Shown one piece after another: positions 1-12,789 of a stretch of DNA of 64,000 nucleotides (position 1 is the stretch's first letter; every line of letters starts with the position of its first letter). Origin of the DNA: Selaginella moellendorffii (taxonomy: Eukaryota > Plantae > Lycopodiophyta); the NCBI RefSeq assembly GCF_000143415.4, contig NW_003314280.1, forward strand, positions 2,029,549-2,093,548, in the 5' to 3' direction. The notes under the pieces are model-generated. The model saw only the letters and a list, made by a program, of their open reading frames with translations. It did not search any database and was not told the origin of the DNA. The translations under genes and the position numbers were made by a program.

Positions 1-1327
1 CTAGACACTTTTTATAAATGATTTATAAAACTAAATAAAACTAACATATGGGGCATGATAATGAGGGTGTTTAGTGGACACAATAGGCTATTATGTAATG
101 ATATTAAAGGACTAGTGCTCGATGCTTGACAAACCAGTACAAAACAAAGCAAAAGATAATTAACATACCAAGCTAAGTATGCTTTGGCTAAATAAATATT
201 TAAAAATTCCTTCCTTATGCTCATCAAGCCAAATATAAATGTTAAATCTAGTTTAGTAACACTTGAACAAGAGGGATTGATAAAAGGAATTAGTAGTATT
301 GACCTCCTGCCATTATGGCAGAAAGAAAAAAATATTTGAAAGGACTCGTTAATAAGTAACTTTTGATACTCACAATCACATTCATAACATACTCTTTCTT
401 TTGAGAAGATCGACATCCTTGTCGATGCATACTCTAGTCTAGACCACTATTAAAAAAATAATTCAAGAAAAAGTTTATCAATTTAAATGAGTTAAAGAAT
501 TACCTCTCTATCTAAAATACATTACCATTCAAACAGCTTCTAGCCATGACATAGAAAAAAAAGCCAAAGGCCATAACCCTTCTAAGCAAACAAACCAAAC
601 CCATCAGTAAAATTTAAATAAACTATTGTAAATTGGTTGTTAAAGTTTTATATGGCCACACCCTTTTGACGGAATAAAGAACATCAAGTGAGTTATCTAA
701 TCAGTTTACAATAGTTACCCCATGACTAAAGATTTCATTATACACATGAAGTGTTGAAACTAATTTACCTATACTAGCTTAAACATAAAGATCAATAGAT
801 GGACAATATTGAAGTCATAGACAAAGATATTTTAGAGACCAAATTATTAGTGAATATTAAAATAAAAATTATTTGAATTAAATTATCATCTAATAAATCA
901 AATTACTAAGGTTAGGGATTTTGGAAGTGTTGAGTGATATAGGTTCAAACTCTAGCTTAAAACCACCAAGATTATTATATTTTGAAGATATAGGAATAAC
1001 CATCTAACAAAATTTAATAGTAAATATATCATCAAGAAACTTAATAATAATATCTAACTACCAAATATTGTAAAAAACTTGAAAAATAATTTACAAAATA
1101 TAGCTTAAATAACATAAAATATCATTGATTAGACAAGTAAAATATTTGTAAATATATCATTTGAAAAAAATAACATCATAATTTATCAAAACCAACTTTA
1201 ACAACAATAAACAGAATAGAATGAATATTGCAAGGCTAACAAACACCCATTCATACAAAATACCAATCTAGGTAATTTAAATAAATTTTAGTCAATAATA
1301 TAAAGGAATTAGAGTTGGTTAAGCATG

Positions 1328-2190
1328 TGTAAACTCCTGAGTCTGGACTTCCCGGGAGGTCACCCAGCCCAATACTATTCAAACCTAAGGACACTTAACC
1401 TCAAATATCCCAAAACCCTTAACCGATTGGAAAAGAGGGTGCACTCTTTTTTATTTATGGGCCCTTTCCCTCTATATTTGAACCCCATGGATCGTCTCTC
1501 AAGTCGTTCTCTTTGGTTGCTTACAATCCACCACGCTTCTTTGCAAATTCATGCCCTCGTGAACGGAAGTTGAGAGCCGCAGCTCTCCCGAGAGCCTCGC
1601 TCTCTTGACACCCTACCCCTCGGGTCGAGCCCAGTAGGAGCAAATTGGACCAGCCAGATGTCAATCAACATGTGGTGTGATTCCCTTAGCCAACTAATAG
1701 AGTCGGACCTGAAACCCCTTTGATACTAAATGTACCCCTCGGGTCGATGTCAATCAACATGTGGTGTGATTCCCTTAGCCAACTAATAGAGTCGGACCTG
1801 AAACCCCTTTGATACTAAATGTACCCCTCGGGTCGAGCCCAGTAGGAGCAAGTTAGACCACCCAGATGTCAATCAACATGTGGTGTGATTCCCTTAGCCA
1901 ACCAACAGAGTCGGACCTAAAACCTCTCAACATGTGGTGTGATTCCCTTAGCCAACCAACAGAGTTGGACCTAAAACCTCTCTGATACTAAATGTAAACT
2001 TCTGAGTTTAGACTTCCCGGGAGGTCACCCAGCCCAGTACTATTCAAACCCAGGGATGCTTAACCCCAAGTATCCCAACACCCTTAACCAATTGGAAAAA
2101 GGGGTGCACTCTTTTTTATTCATGAGCCCTTTCCCTCTATATTTGAACCCCATGGATCGTCTCTCAAGTCGTTCTCTTTGGTTGCTTACA
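1328..2190 (-). mobile_element. Cassandra-type TRIM (non-autonomous LTR element with 5S rDNA-derived sequence in its LTRs)
   Basis: 198-bp direct repeats at 1328-1525 and 1993-2190 with TGTAA...TTACA ends. Perfect 5-bp TSD GCATG (1323-1327, 2191-2195). PBS-like TAGTATCAGAG on the minus strand next to 1993 and purine tract AGAAGCGTGGTGGAT next to 1525. Both LTRs carry a 5S-like segment. Confidence 0.92.
1345..1400 (-). promoter_or_regulatory. 5S rRNA-derived internal Pol III promoter segment (A-box to C-box) in the Cassandra LTR; further copies at 2010-2065 and 35388-35443
   Basis: Minus strand GGTTAAGTGTCCTTAGGTTTGAATAGTATTGGGCTGGGTGACCTCCCGGGAAGTCC aligns to the 3' half of plant 5S rRNA (AGTTAAGCGTGCTTGGGCGAGAGTAGTACTAGGATGGGTGACCTCCTGGGAAGTCC). 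Confidence 0.85.
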
Positions 2191-5100
2191 GCATGCTTTA
2201 GCAATATCTTACCAATATTTTAAACCCAAAAAACTAATTTACAATACACCAAAAATAACATATGGTAATGTGCAAAGCCAAAAGCTATCAAAATAACAAT
2301 TTACCATCACAAAAGATTGTAAGTCATTCCATTAATAAAGATGCATAACCACCATTGAATAACAATCCATTATCCTAAAGAATGGCAAATCATCTAACAT
2401 GAATAATAATTAAGCAAGGATAATCAACAAATTGCCTTCCTCAACAACTTTTAAAAAATGAATTAATGATTATAAGAACTTAAAGAATCAAAAGCTTGAA
2501 AAACCCTATTTCCAAATTTTATGCTCAAAAAGAAATTATGGTATAATATCCTTCTTAATACTTCTATAAGTCAAATCTTTATAATGCAAAACTAATGAAG
2601 AGCATATTTTGCATCAATCCAAAAACTAAATATAATAAAGTTATGCACAATAAGTGATCTCCAAATTAATTATTTATGAATCTATCTTTTATAACAAGAT
2701 ATAACTCACTTCATAATATAAGCATGTTTGTAATTTATAAACACAAAATTAATCTTCTTGCATATCAACCATTATATGATAGAATAAAAAAGAATATACT
2801 AAAAAGGGTTTACATAAGTTTATAAATTGAGTAAATACACAAAGAATATATTTGGATATTCTAGATTATTCTACCATCTAATGGTTCTTATTCATTTAGA
2901 TTAATCTTGTATTTATAGTTTATAAACATATTTATAAATCATCTTTTCAAGGAAAAACCAAAGGTTAAAATTTCAAAGATTAAGCCAAATATTAAATAAT
3001 TTCATCTAGAATACAGCTAATCCAACTTACCACTTAACTTTTTTGAATACCAATAAATGTTTTAATTACTAAAATGTATAAATGCTAATGACACAAAGGT
3101 ATAGCCAAATTATCAATACTATTTTTATTGAGAATAGCAAAACAAAATGTCCATCTTTAATAAGCCTAATTAATCACCTACCATTTAAACCATCATAGAT
3201 AGAAAATCCAATTGTCTCAATATGCTTATGAAGAAATATCTCATCTCACTCCAATCTTAATGTCAATATTAATGCATCATTTCAATGTTATCAACACTAA
3301 AAGAAAGCTAAGAGAAAGCAAAAATGAACTACCATTTAAAGCTTTTTAACAACTAAACTAACCAAGATTAAAAATACTTTATTTAGTATTTAAGACCAAT
3401 CTTTCAACAATACTTAGTTACTTATAACATATTATCAAAGAGTGAATCACCATGATATGCCAAGATCAGAAAACCATATAAACCTAACAACATGATCCCT
3501 TGTAACACCATTTGATAATGTAAGCCCACCACTGCTAAATCATCATTGAGTTAAGTTAAATGTCAACAATCTTTAACAAAGTCTATAAACAATCACAAAT
3601 TGTAAAATAATTAATAATCACTTTCCAACTTGCCTTTATATGACTCAACACCAAACTCATATCATTAAGCCATATATTTGTCCAATGAAAAACACTCTAG
3701 GTACAACATATATGAATATGGATAAGTATATAAAAAATAGCTATTCTAATATACTTGTACAATAATAAGCTCACTAACACATTTATCTAACAACTAGCTA
3801 TGAATAATCAACACTTAGTTGAAACTAAAGTGAAGACTATTAGATAAACTCATAAGTATATAACTTCCTATTGGATAAAGTTATAATATGAGTACTAATA
3901 CCTTAACCATAAACAATTAAGTTGGATATCACTATTTTCAACTAAAGCGTGCTAAGTGAAGAAAAGTGAGACTTCACTACTCATATAAAGTTTAGCCTAA
4001 TACAAATTGCAATTTGCCACCAAACATAATGTTACAGAAGAAAGGCACAAGAGTTATCGTTTTAGAAAAATGCACTAGACACTTTTCTATTTCATCTCCA
4101 AACTCTATTAAACTCAACTGCCTTTAGCCTCAAAAGTTAACATCTTTTTTGGACCACATCATACAAATAACCTACTAAATTCAATTCTAACCCTTTCACC
4201 AATTTGCAATAACTCAAGAAAAACAAAATGATTTTTGGGTAAAATGATTAACATATTGATTATTAGAAAAGTATAATTTTTTTTGTAAAAATCAGTTACT
4301 TCCCTTTCTTTTACCACCACCTACTCCCCATCTTTCCTTCCTTCTTTCTTTCAAATTTCCCATCTTAGGTAAAAAATGATTCTCTATCTACAAATGCAAA
4401 TTTTCAAGACTTAACTAATTTCTTCCTACCTACAACTTCAAATAGGTTCAACTTAATGTAAATTCTCATGACCCAATAATATACTTAAACATTGAAAATC
4501 ATTACCATATATCTAGCATCGAAAATGATATCCATAAATGCTAATGAATACCCAAAACTTAATCATGAAGATTATGTATTTGAATATCCATATTATACTT
4601 ACACTCTTCTTTAATTACCTTCAAGATCTAATATGAAACCAAAACAAAAATAAAAAAACTAACATAAAAAATCAAGTTCTAAGGAAAATTCCTTATCACT
4701 TACTATAATAATACCATTTCTGCTAACATAAGTGTTAGTATTGTCAATGCCTTAATTACACCTTCTTCATCCAATAATTAAGTATTGTCACTCATGCCTT
4801 TCAATAGCAAGTCTAAGCAAAATAGTTTAGCACTTTACTTCTCTCTACCATTTGTAATGCCATTATAACTAACATTAGGGATTCTAATTGCATGATGTGA
4901 ACATAAGTAATGAGTTACACCTCATTCCAAATTATCTTTTATAAAAAAGAAAATAATTTACATGTTTGATCCTTTGTCTCTAATGACTCTTTTTTTAGAA
5001 TCAACTTTGACTAAACCTCAAGCTTGCATTCAAATTGCTTTTATCTAATCTAAGAAAAGTTTATGAGAGAGCATAGTAATGAAAATTTGAATCAATAAAA

Positions 5101-5742
5101 TAATCCCTAAAATCTTAATTGAGTCTGTAGCTATATAGCACGGCACTAGTGGATCCGTCCTAAGCATGATTATGAGTGGAAGCCTCTTTGCCACTTATTA
5201 TAAACCTAATAAAACTTTACTTTTACCTATGATAATATGAAAAAACTCATAGGAACCACTAATAGGCTAACATTAATCCTACCAACTCAAAATGTAATCT
5301 CAAATTACTAATATATTTTACTCATAAACCCAAAAAAGTAACTAAAATTTATATCCAAGAGATGCATGTGAAGTCATAGTAACCAAATGTGAACCCACTT
5401 GAATCATTTTTTTATTTATGCATACATAATAAAATTGGATTCTTAATTTCATTGGATAATACTTACTGAGACTCATTCTCTGATACCAACTAAATGTAGT
5501 ATATGTGATTTTCACCCTATACCCTATAGTGATTTACTTTAATATAACTACGGAGTAAAATCTAATCCTTAGCCATGTGGGCCAAGGGCACGAGTTTTAG
5601 AGCATTGGTCCACTGAAAAAAAAAGATAGAATTAAATTTCTAAACATATAGTTAAGGAATGAAGGAATTGGAGTATAGAACAACTTTTGAGTGTATAGTT
5701 AAGGAGTGAAGGAATAAAAGCATGAAGTGATATTAAAACATT

Positions 5743-5868
5743 NNNNNNNNNNNNNNNNNNNNNNNNNNNNNNNNNNNNNNNNNNNNNNNNNNNNNNNNNN
5801 NNNNNNNNNNNNNNNNNNNNNNNNNNNNNNNNNNNNNNNNNNATATATATATATATATATATATATAT
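5743..5868. other. 100-N assembly gap followed by a (TA)n microsatellite
   Basis: N run at 5743-5842, then a TA repeat. Confidence 0.95.
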
Positions 5869-7738
5869 AAACATGGTCTACCATCTATGATCACATTAAT
5901 ATCTTGATTGTGAGTTACTAGTGGCCTCTATCCACCGTTCTAAACCACAAAAATCAAGTTAGGCAGCCCACCCAAGAAATTCAATGAGATAATAGACACC
6001 TAATGTGGATCTAGTGCAAGCTGTGCTTAGTGCTATAGTCAAAACAATCCCATTTTTTATCCATTAGCCAATTCTTCCTTCTCCACGATATTATGCTTTA
6101 TATCAAATTGCCTAACAAAGCACATGAAGAATTTATATATGGCATTGATGTATACAAAACCATGTAATTCCCCAACAAGGCATATGAAGAATTCATATGT
6201 GGTGTTGATGTATACAAAACTATCTAATTGCCCATGCTAAACCATGTTTTTCATGAACAGGCAAAATTTCTACCAAAACAATTAAGCAAACATTAAAGTA
6301 TTTCCACAATTTATTAAAAGAAGTCATGAAGAGCTCAAAAGAGAAAAGTTTTACTTTTTCCTTAAGCAAATTTCTAAGTTATACTTAGAATATACTTATA
6401 TATTCTGGGATATTCTACCATCTAACAATTACTTGTATTTATAATTTATAAACTTTTCTAAATACTTTCTACTATATAATAGTTGATAAGAAATAATATT
6501 AATATTTTATTATAAAATATAAACATGTTTGAAATCATAAACATTCATTTGATGAATTGGGATTAATAAAGAGTACAACACATGAATAACATTTCTATTA
6601 AGAAAATCAAGTGATTTCTGCATACAACGTGCAAAAAATTATTAACTAACACACCATGGATATTAAGTTTCATAAACTAAAAACACAAAACCAAAAATAT
6701 TAATTATTCACCAATTAAAATTCTCATTTTTAGCAATAGAAACTGTCTATGCTTCTTGAGTGATAGAAAATGGAAAGCCTGAACAATCATTCTTGTAATA
6801 TTTTTGGTAAACATATTTATCATAGTCTATAAAATTTAATTTTTGAGTTTTATCCAAAATCTAGAGTGTTTAATAATAAAAGTGATTCAATTGCATTCAA
6901 AATTTTCTCTTTATATGTATTGATACAATGTTAAGTGTTCTATAACTTATATATCCTAGAATTTCATAAACAATTATGCATATATTCCTTTCTCTCTCTT
7001 AACACTTTATTGAATATAAAGTAAATTTATTAATCTGTAAAATTCTCAACCTAGAATAACTATTTGGCAAAAATATATTTTATAATTGGTACTAATGAGC
7101 AGTTATAGCACCCGCTAATCTCTAAATAAATTATACTAAAACTTTGAGGTTTAAGCAAAATCAATTAAAAATATAATCTTAACATGAATCATTTGATACT
7201 GTTGTGCTAAATGAAGAGTATGAATGTAATATAATTACTAAAAAATATTATCATAGTCATCACCAAGTTTGTACACCTATTTAAACAATATAATATAATC
7301 CTTTAAATAAATAATAAATTTTTAATTTTTACTTATAAGTAAAATATAAATAGATTAATAAATTATTTTAGCATAAAACTTATACTGTAATTTATAAACT
7401 GGCAAGAAACTCAAATTTTAAATTTTAAAATAAAGTAAAATAAGACTGTTATTTGAAAAAGAAAATAATAGAATGGAGAATCTCAAACATAACAATTTTT
7501 ATTTTAAATTAATCAATTTGAACACATATTGAGAAAAATTATTTACTTGCTACAATAATTATTAATAAAGTTCCATAGGAGTATAATCCAATCAAGGAAG
7601 TTATTGCAAATGATCTAGCTGCCATTGATACTAGAGGAAGGCAAGTAGTTGGTCATGTACTTCTTTGCCATATACAAATTATAATATAAATTCAAAAAAA
7701 AATTCTTAAAGGAACATGAAATATTTTGGATTCAAAGG

Positions 7739-9519
7739 TGTAGCGCACTTTATCTCTCTCTCCTTAAGCCAATTGAAAAAGGGGCAATTGCTTAATGAGA
7801 GAACCCTTAGTAGTGGCTATTTTATCCTTATTTATCCCCCAAGGTTCTAAGGATCCACAGTGACAATATATCCAAATCTCATCCTATGATCACATGCACT
7901 ACACTTATCCCCCCTTTTAGAGATGTTAATGTCCTCATCGACTATTGACTAACAACACCCCCCATTCAAAGATATCAATGTCCTCATTAATTATTGACTA
8001 ACAACCCTTACTGAGCCAAGGGGAACCAACACCTCCATCCCATTCAGAGATATCAATGTCCTTATTGATTATTAGCTAACAACCCTTACTGAGCCAAGGG
8101 GAACTAGCACCTCCATTTATCCCCAAGGTTCCAAGGATCCATAGTGACAGTATATCCAAATCTCATCCCATGATCACATACATTACACTCGCCCCCCCCT
8201 TCAAAGATGTTAATGTCCTCATTGACTATTGACTAACAACCCCTACTGAGCCAAGGGGAATCAACACCTTTATCCCCTTCAAAGATGTCAATATCCTTAT
8301 TGACTATTGACTAATAACCCCTACTAAGCCAAGGGGAACTAACACCTTCATTTCCACACTAAATCTACCAATCCTTCCATTGTGTAGACTAACTATTCCA
8401 TGTGAGTCAACTAGTCATCCACCCGTACTACAGTCCTACGATAACAACCCCTACTGAGCCAAGGGGAACTAGCACCTCCATCCCCTTCAAAGATGTCAAT
8501 GTCCTTATTGACTATTGACTAACAACCCCTATTAAGCCAAGGGGACATTGTGTAGACTAGTTATTCCATGTGAGGCAACTAATCATCCACCCATACTACA
8601 ATCCCACGGTAACAACCCCTACTGAGCCAAGGGGAATCAACACCTCCATCCCCTTCAAAGATGTCAATGTCTTCATTGACTATTGACTAATAACCCCTAT
8701 TGAGCCAAGGGGAACTAGTCATCCACCCGTATCACAGTTTTATGGTGAATACTGAGCCAAGAGGACATTATGTAAATTAACTATTCCATGTGAGCAACTA
8801 ATCATCCACCCGTACTGCAATCCCATGGTAACAACCCCTATTGAGCCAAGGGGAACTAACACCTCCATCCCTTTCAAAGGCAGCTAATCATCCACCCATA
8901 CCGCAGTCCCACGATAATAACCCTTACTGAGCCAAGGGGAACCAACACGTCCATCCCCTTTAGAGATGTTAATGTCCTCATTCACTATTGAGGGACGGTA
9001 ACAACCCCTACTGACGGTCCCACGGTGGATACAAATCCTTCCATTGTGTAGATTAGCTATTCCACCCGTATTGCAGTCCCCCTACTAAGCCAAGGGGAAC
9101 TAATTATCTACCTGTACTGCAGTCCTACGATGAATACCAATCCTTCCATTGTGTAGACTAGCTATTCCACCCGTATTGCAGTCCTCCTATTGAGCCAAGG
9201 GGAACTAATCATCCACCCGTACTGTAGTCTCACGATGGATACCAATCCTTCCATTGTATAAACTAGTTATTCCACCTGTATTGCAGTCCCACAGTGGATA
9301 CCAATCCAGACTAGCTATTCCATGGGAATGAACCCATGCCATTTGCTCCGATATCAATTGTAGTGCACCTTATTTCTCTCCTCTTAAGTTAACTAAAAAA
9401 GGGGCAATTGCTTAATAAGAGAGCTTTTAGTGACTATTTTATCCCTATTTATCCCCAAGGTTCCAAGGATCCATGGTGACAGTATATCTAAATCTCATCC
9501 CATAATCACATGCGCTACA
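7739..9519 (-). mobile_element. TRIM-like non-autonomous LTR element with an internal modular tandem array
   Basis: ~163-bp direct repeats at 7739-7903 and 9359-9519 (TGTAG...CTACA). Perfect TSD AAAGG (7734-7738, 9520-9524). PBS-like TGATATCGGAGC on the minus strand next to 9359 and PPT AAAGGGGGGATAAG next to 7903. Partial internal LTR copy at ~8116-8187. No ORF. Confidence 0.9.
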
Positions 9520-9570
9520 AAAGGTAATAATTGTTGAAATTTTTGAAAAGTATTTTTGAAAAATATATAT

Positions 9571-9726
9571 TGTGAGGTCCAAGTGTACAGCTACAATGCT
9601 GTATACTAATATTAGTGTAGTGAGATTTTAGTAGCCAGACCATTCGCTCTTATATATAAACTAGGGTTTTTGGGCTAATTGATATGCACATTTTTATATT
9701 CCACTTCCATATTCTATGCACTCATA
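9571..9726 (+). mobile_element. Solo LTR of the gypsy family found at 33797-41085
   Basis: TGTGAGGTCCAAGTGTACAGCTACAATGCTGTATACTAATATTAG...GCACTCATA matches the LTR copies at 33797-33934 and 40973 onward. Confidence 0.75.
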
Positions 9727-10836
9727 GTATTATCTAAATTAGAAATATCTATAAACACAATATGAATTTAGAAATGAATTTCACATTAAAGATAGTATAT
9801 ACTAATCAATTTAGTTTATAAACATATCTTATAAATTAGAAAGGATAAGTTGGAAAAAGGGAAAATCCTTCACAGTTTTAATGATTTGCATGTGTAAGAG
9901 GTTACTCCTTTAGATTTAAAAACTAGAAAATACAATGGGTTTAGAAGTAGAAATTCCACAAATTTCTAATAATTGCCTCTTATTATATGATCATGTGATT
10001 TTTCTTTTGAATCCATCCAATGATTTATTAGAAAATATTCTTGATAAAATATTACAAATATATTTTACTAGAATAGTTTTATCTATAATATAATCAAACT
10101 ATCTTCTTGCATAAAAATATTTGAGTGACATTTTAAGTTTACGAATAATCAAATCGACTACCAAAGCCACGACAATTGCAAACGCTTCTAAACACTTCTC
10201 CCACATATAGTTCCAAGCCAAACCCAGAAATCCAAGCAGGTAAGAGCATTCAAAGCTTTTGAAAAGCTGTGAAGGAAACCATCTGCTGAAAACTCTGGTG
10301 ACAATGGCCTGGAACATATTCGAGGTAGCATTTTGTACCTGCGACGAGGCAACACTTGGGCTTGGACGGCTCGGCCCAGCGCTACTTGTGGTAGCACGAA
10401 CGCTGCTTCCTTTGAGCTTGAGGAAGCTCTTCCAGCAGCTGATCCGAGCGGAATAGTCCACCCTCCTCCAAATCCCAGCACCATGACTCGCAGGTCCGCC
10501 ATGAGGGGCCGGGCCAAGAAGCATGAAAATTCTCAGGTGGAGTAGCACTCCCTTCACCTTGGCTGTGACTGTCGCCTTGGCACGCATCTCATCGTCTCGC
10601 TTGCCCCACCACAGGAAGCGCCGCCTCGCCCTACCTTTGAAGCTCCACGAGAGGCCGCAACCCAGCGACCGGAACGAGAGACGCATCCTGTGAAGAGCAG
10701 CCATAGCCAAAGGCGGACGTGGCAGTTTACCGTTGAAAACAATCCGACGTGTCAAGCACACATGGCTTGGTTCTCATTGCGAGATGAATCTTTACACGCT
10801 CTCGCCACGAGCAACAATTCTAGGACAAATAAATTG

Positions 10837-12789
10837 TCACTCTACCTCTCTACTAGAGCTTTGGTGGAAGTGGTGACTGTGGCTCTGGCTTGATGACCCT
10901 CCTCCATGAAACATTGGATCCAGCTGCAAGAGCTGCGGAGGGGTGGGCGATCCTCCAGTTGCTGTTGCTCCTCCTCCCACGGTAGCAGCGGCAGCAGCAG
11001 CACCACCACCACCTTGCTGGAGATCACCCAGGCTGGTCGTGTCGCCACTGATGCTTCCACCAGCATCAACGCCGTGATCTTGCAACACTCCCTTAAAGAT
11101 CCGGCCCCCTATTCGGACCACTGCCTGATACGCAAACTCGTCCTCCCCACCGTCCTCCACGCTCGTCACCTTGACGCACTTAAAAACCGCCTGGGCTCTC
11201 ACCTCCGAGGGCAAGCTGCCTGCATCTGTCGCAAACAAATGCAAAGCTGAGTACGGATTATATGTTCAGTTCATTCATTCATGAATTCATGAATTCAGAG
11301 AGCAATCTTATGCAAGCTTTTCAGTTCGGCAGCTGCTCTCAGCTGCATGGAGCATTCAATTGCCCGGAACTTAAGGTGCTTTTGGTGACAGACAAACCTG
11401 ACTAGTTGGCTGCAGTAACACTTTGGTTTCTCTTTTTCCCCTTGTACTCTGATTGCTGAGAGCAAACAAGAGGCAAGGTCCTTCAGAGATTCCTCACGCT
11501 CTTAGGCCACGCCTGCCTATATGCATCCCTAGGTTACAATGCCGTCGTGAATGATGCATGCACTGCCCAGGAAAAAGCAAGCAAATGGCAGTCGCTTCGA
11601 GAAGAAATAGCGTACCTTGCGGCTGCCTGGCGTCACTGTGAGGGGAATTGGAGGTGTTGGTGGTGGTGGGGGTGACGGCGGTAATATCCTCGTCTAAGAT
11701 CATGACCTGCTCGGCCGAGGATTGTTGGTGTTGCAGCTGAAGCTGTTGCTGCTGCATGGCAATGACTCGGTTCCGCTTGGATTTGGGACGGGGCTGGCCC
11801 GATGCGACGGCTGCAGCCTCGGCGAGCTGCCGCTCTCGTCGCTTGGCAGCCGGGACCCAGGTGCTCCTAACGTGTGTGGAGCACTCAAAACCTCGGCTCT
11901 TGCAGCAAGTCCGGCACCTCTGGTACACGCAATCCTTCTTGGCCTGGTTGCCGCATTCCTTACAGGTGCTGCTCCCGCCGGCGCTGGCCGTGCTGGAGCT
12001 GCTTGCCAGCAAATTGTGCTGCTGTTGCTGCCCAGCTTGTTGAAGCTGCTGGTGGAGCTGATGATGCTGCTGCTCGTGCTGGAGAATCGGCTGCAAGCCC
12101 GATCTGTGGAGCTGAGCAACAACAGTGGGAGAGTCTGGCCTTTGGTGATGAATATTCTGCTGTTGTTGATGATGCTGTACATGCTGTTGCTGCTGCTGCT
12201 GAGCGTGTTGCTGCTGCTGCAGCTGAAGCTGGTGCAGTTGATGAAATTGCGCCAGCTGCTGGTGGTGGTGGTCGGGCCATGAACGCTGCTGGGGTGCTAA
12301 GAGGTTCATACCTCGCACGTTCATATCCAGGGTGTTGGGTTCGTCGGATCTGCTTGCCTGCGGCTGCGGCCTCGCCATATGCTTGGGAATTACGAGACCC
12401 GCCGTCTCTTGCTCTTGCCTTGCCGGCGAATCGCGCAAGCCATATGCCACTGGACCTGAGCTGAAATGCGGAGGCACCCCTCCTGCAGAGCGAGCTGCCC
12501 CAGGCCAGAAGAATCCCCCTTCCAGCACGTGTTGCTGCTGCTGCGGATGTGCCGGTGGCTGCCTCGAGCTGGGGATCGACTCGTAAGGCAATCTGTTAAG
12601 CTGGTAGAATTGGTCGTGTTGATCTCTACTAATCGCCATAGCCACGGGCAGTCGGCTGCCCATGTACGAGACGAAGGTGGGGGGAGCAGCCCGACCTTGT
12701 TGCTCTTCCAGGTCCAGAGACAAGGATTGCTGCGGTTGCGGTTGCGGCTGTGGCTGCTGCTCCGAGGATGATCGCCTGCTTGCAGACAT
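10837..12789 (-). CDS. SHI: SHI/STY (SRS) family RING-like zinc finger transcription factor; exons 12789-11616 and 11225-10837
   Basis: [39 protein letters not shown] zinc finger in exon 1 and IGGH-type domain ([16 protein letters not shown]) in exon 2. A GT-AG intron joins them in frame (G|AT). Poly-Q/H N-terminus. Confidence 0.95.

Larger units (their letters stand above)
1..5742 (-). mobile_element. Highly decayed LTR retrotransposon (internal region plus part of 5' LTR running into the assembly gap)
   Basis: CTCTGATACCA at 5478-5488 is the reverse complement of the tRNA-iMet PBS TGGTATCAGAG, followed by TGTAGT at 5495 (LTR edge). Region is AT-rich with no long ORFs. Bases 1-400 are homologous, inverted, to 34710-35040. 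Confidence 0.5.

Noticed and set aside
1345-1400. 5S rRNA gene
   Set aside because: Only the 3' half matches, it is embedded in LTRs, and there is no tandem rDNA array.
6113-6235. Two-copy ~59-bp tandem repeat, and a 21-bp duplication at ~48384-48428
   Set aside because: Ordinary local slippage duplications with no further structure.
8005-9210. CRISPR-like array of hairpin repeats
   Set aside because: The intervening sequences are themselves repeated modules of variable length rather than unique spacers; the array lies inside an LTR element, there are no cas genes, and the host is eukaryotic.
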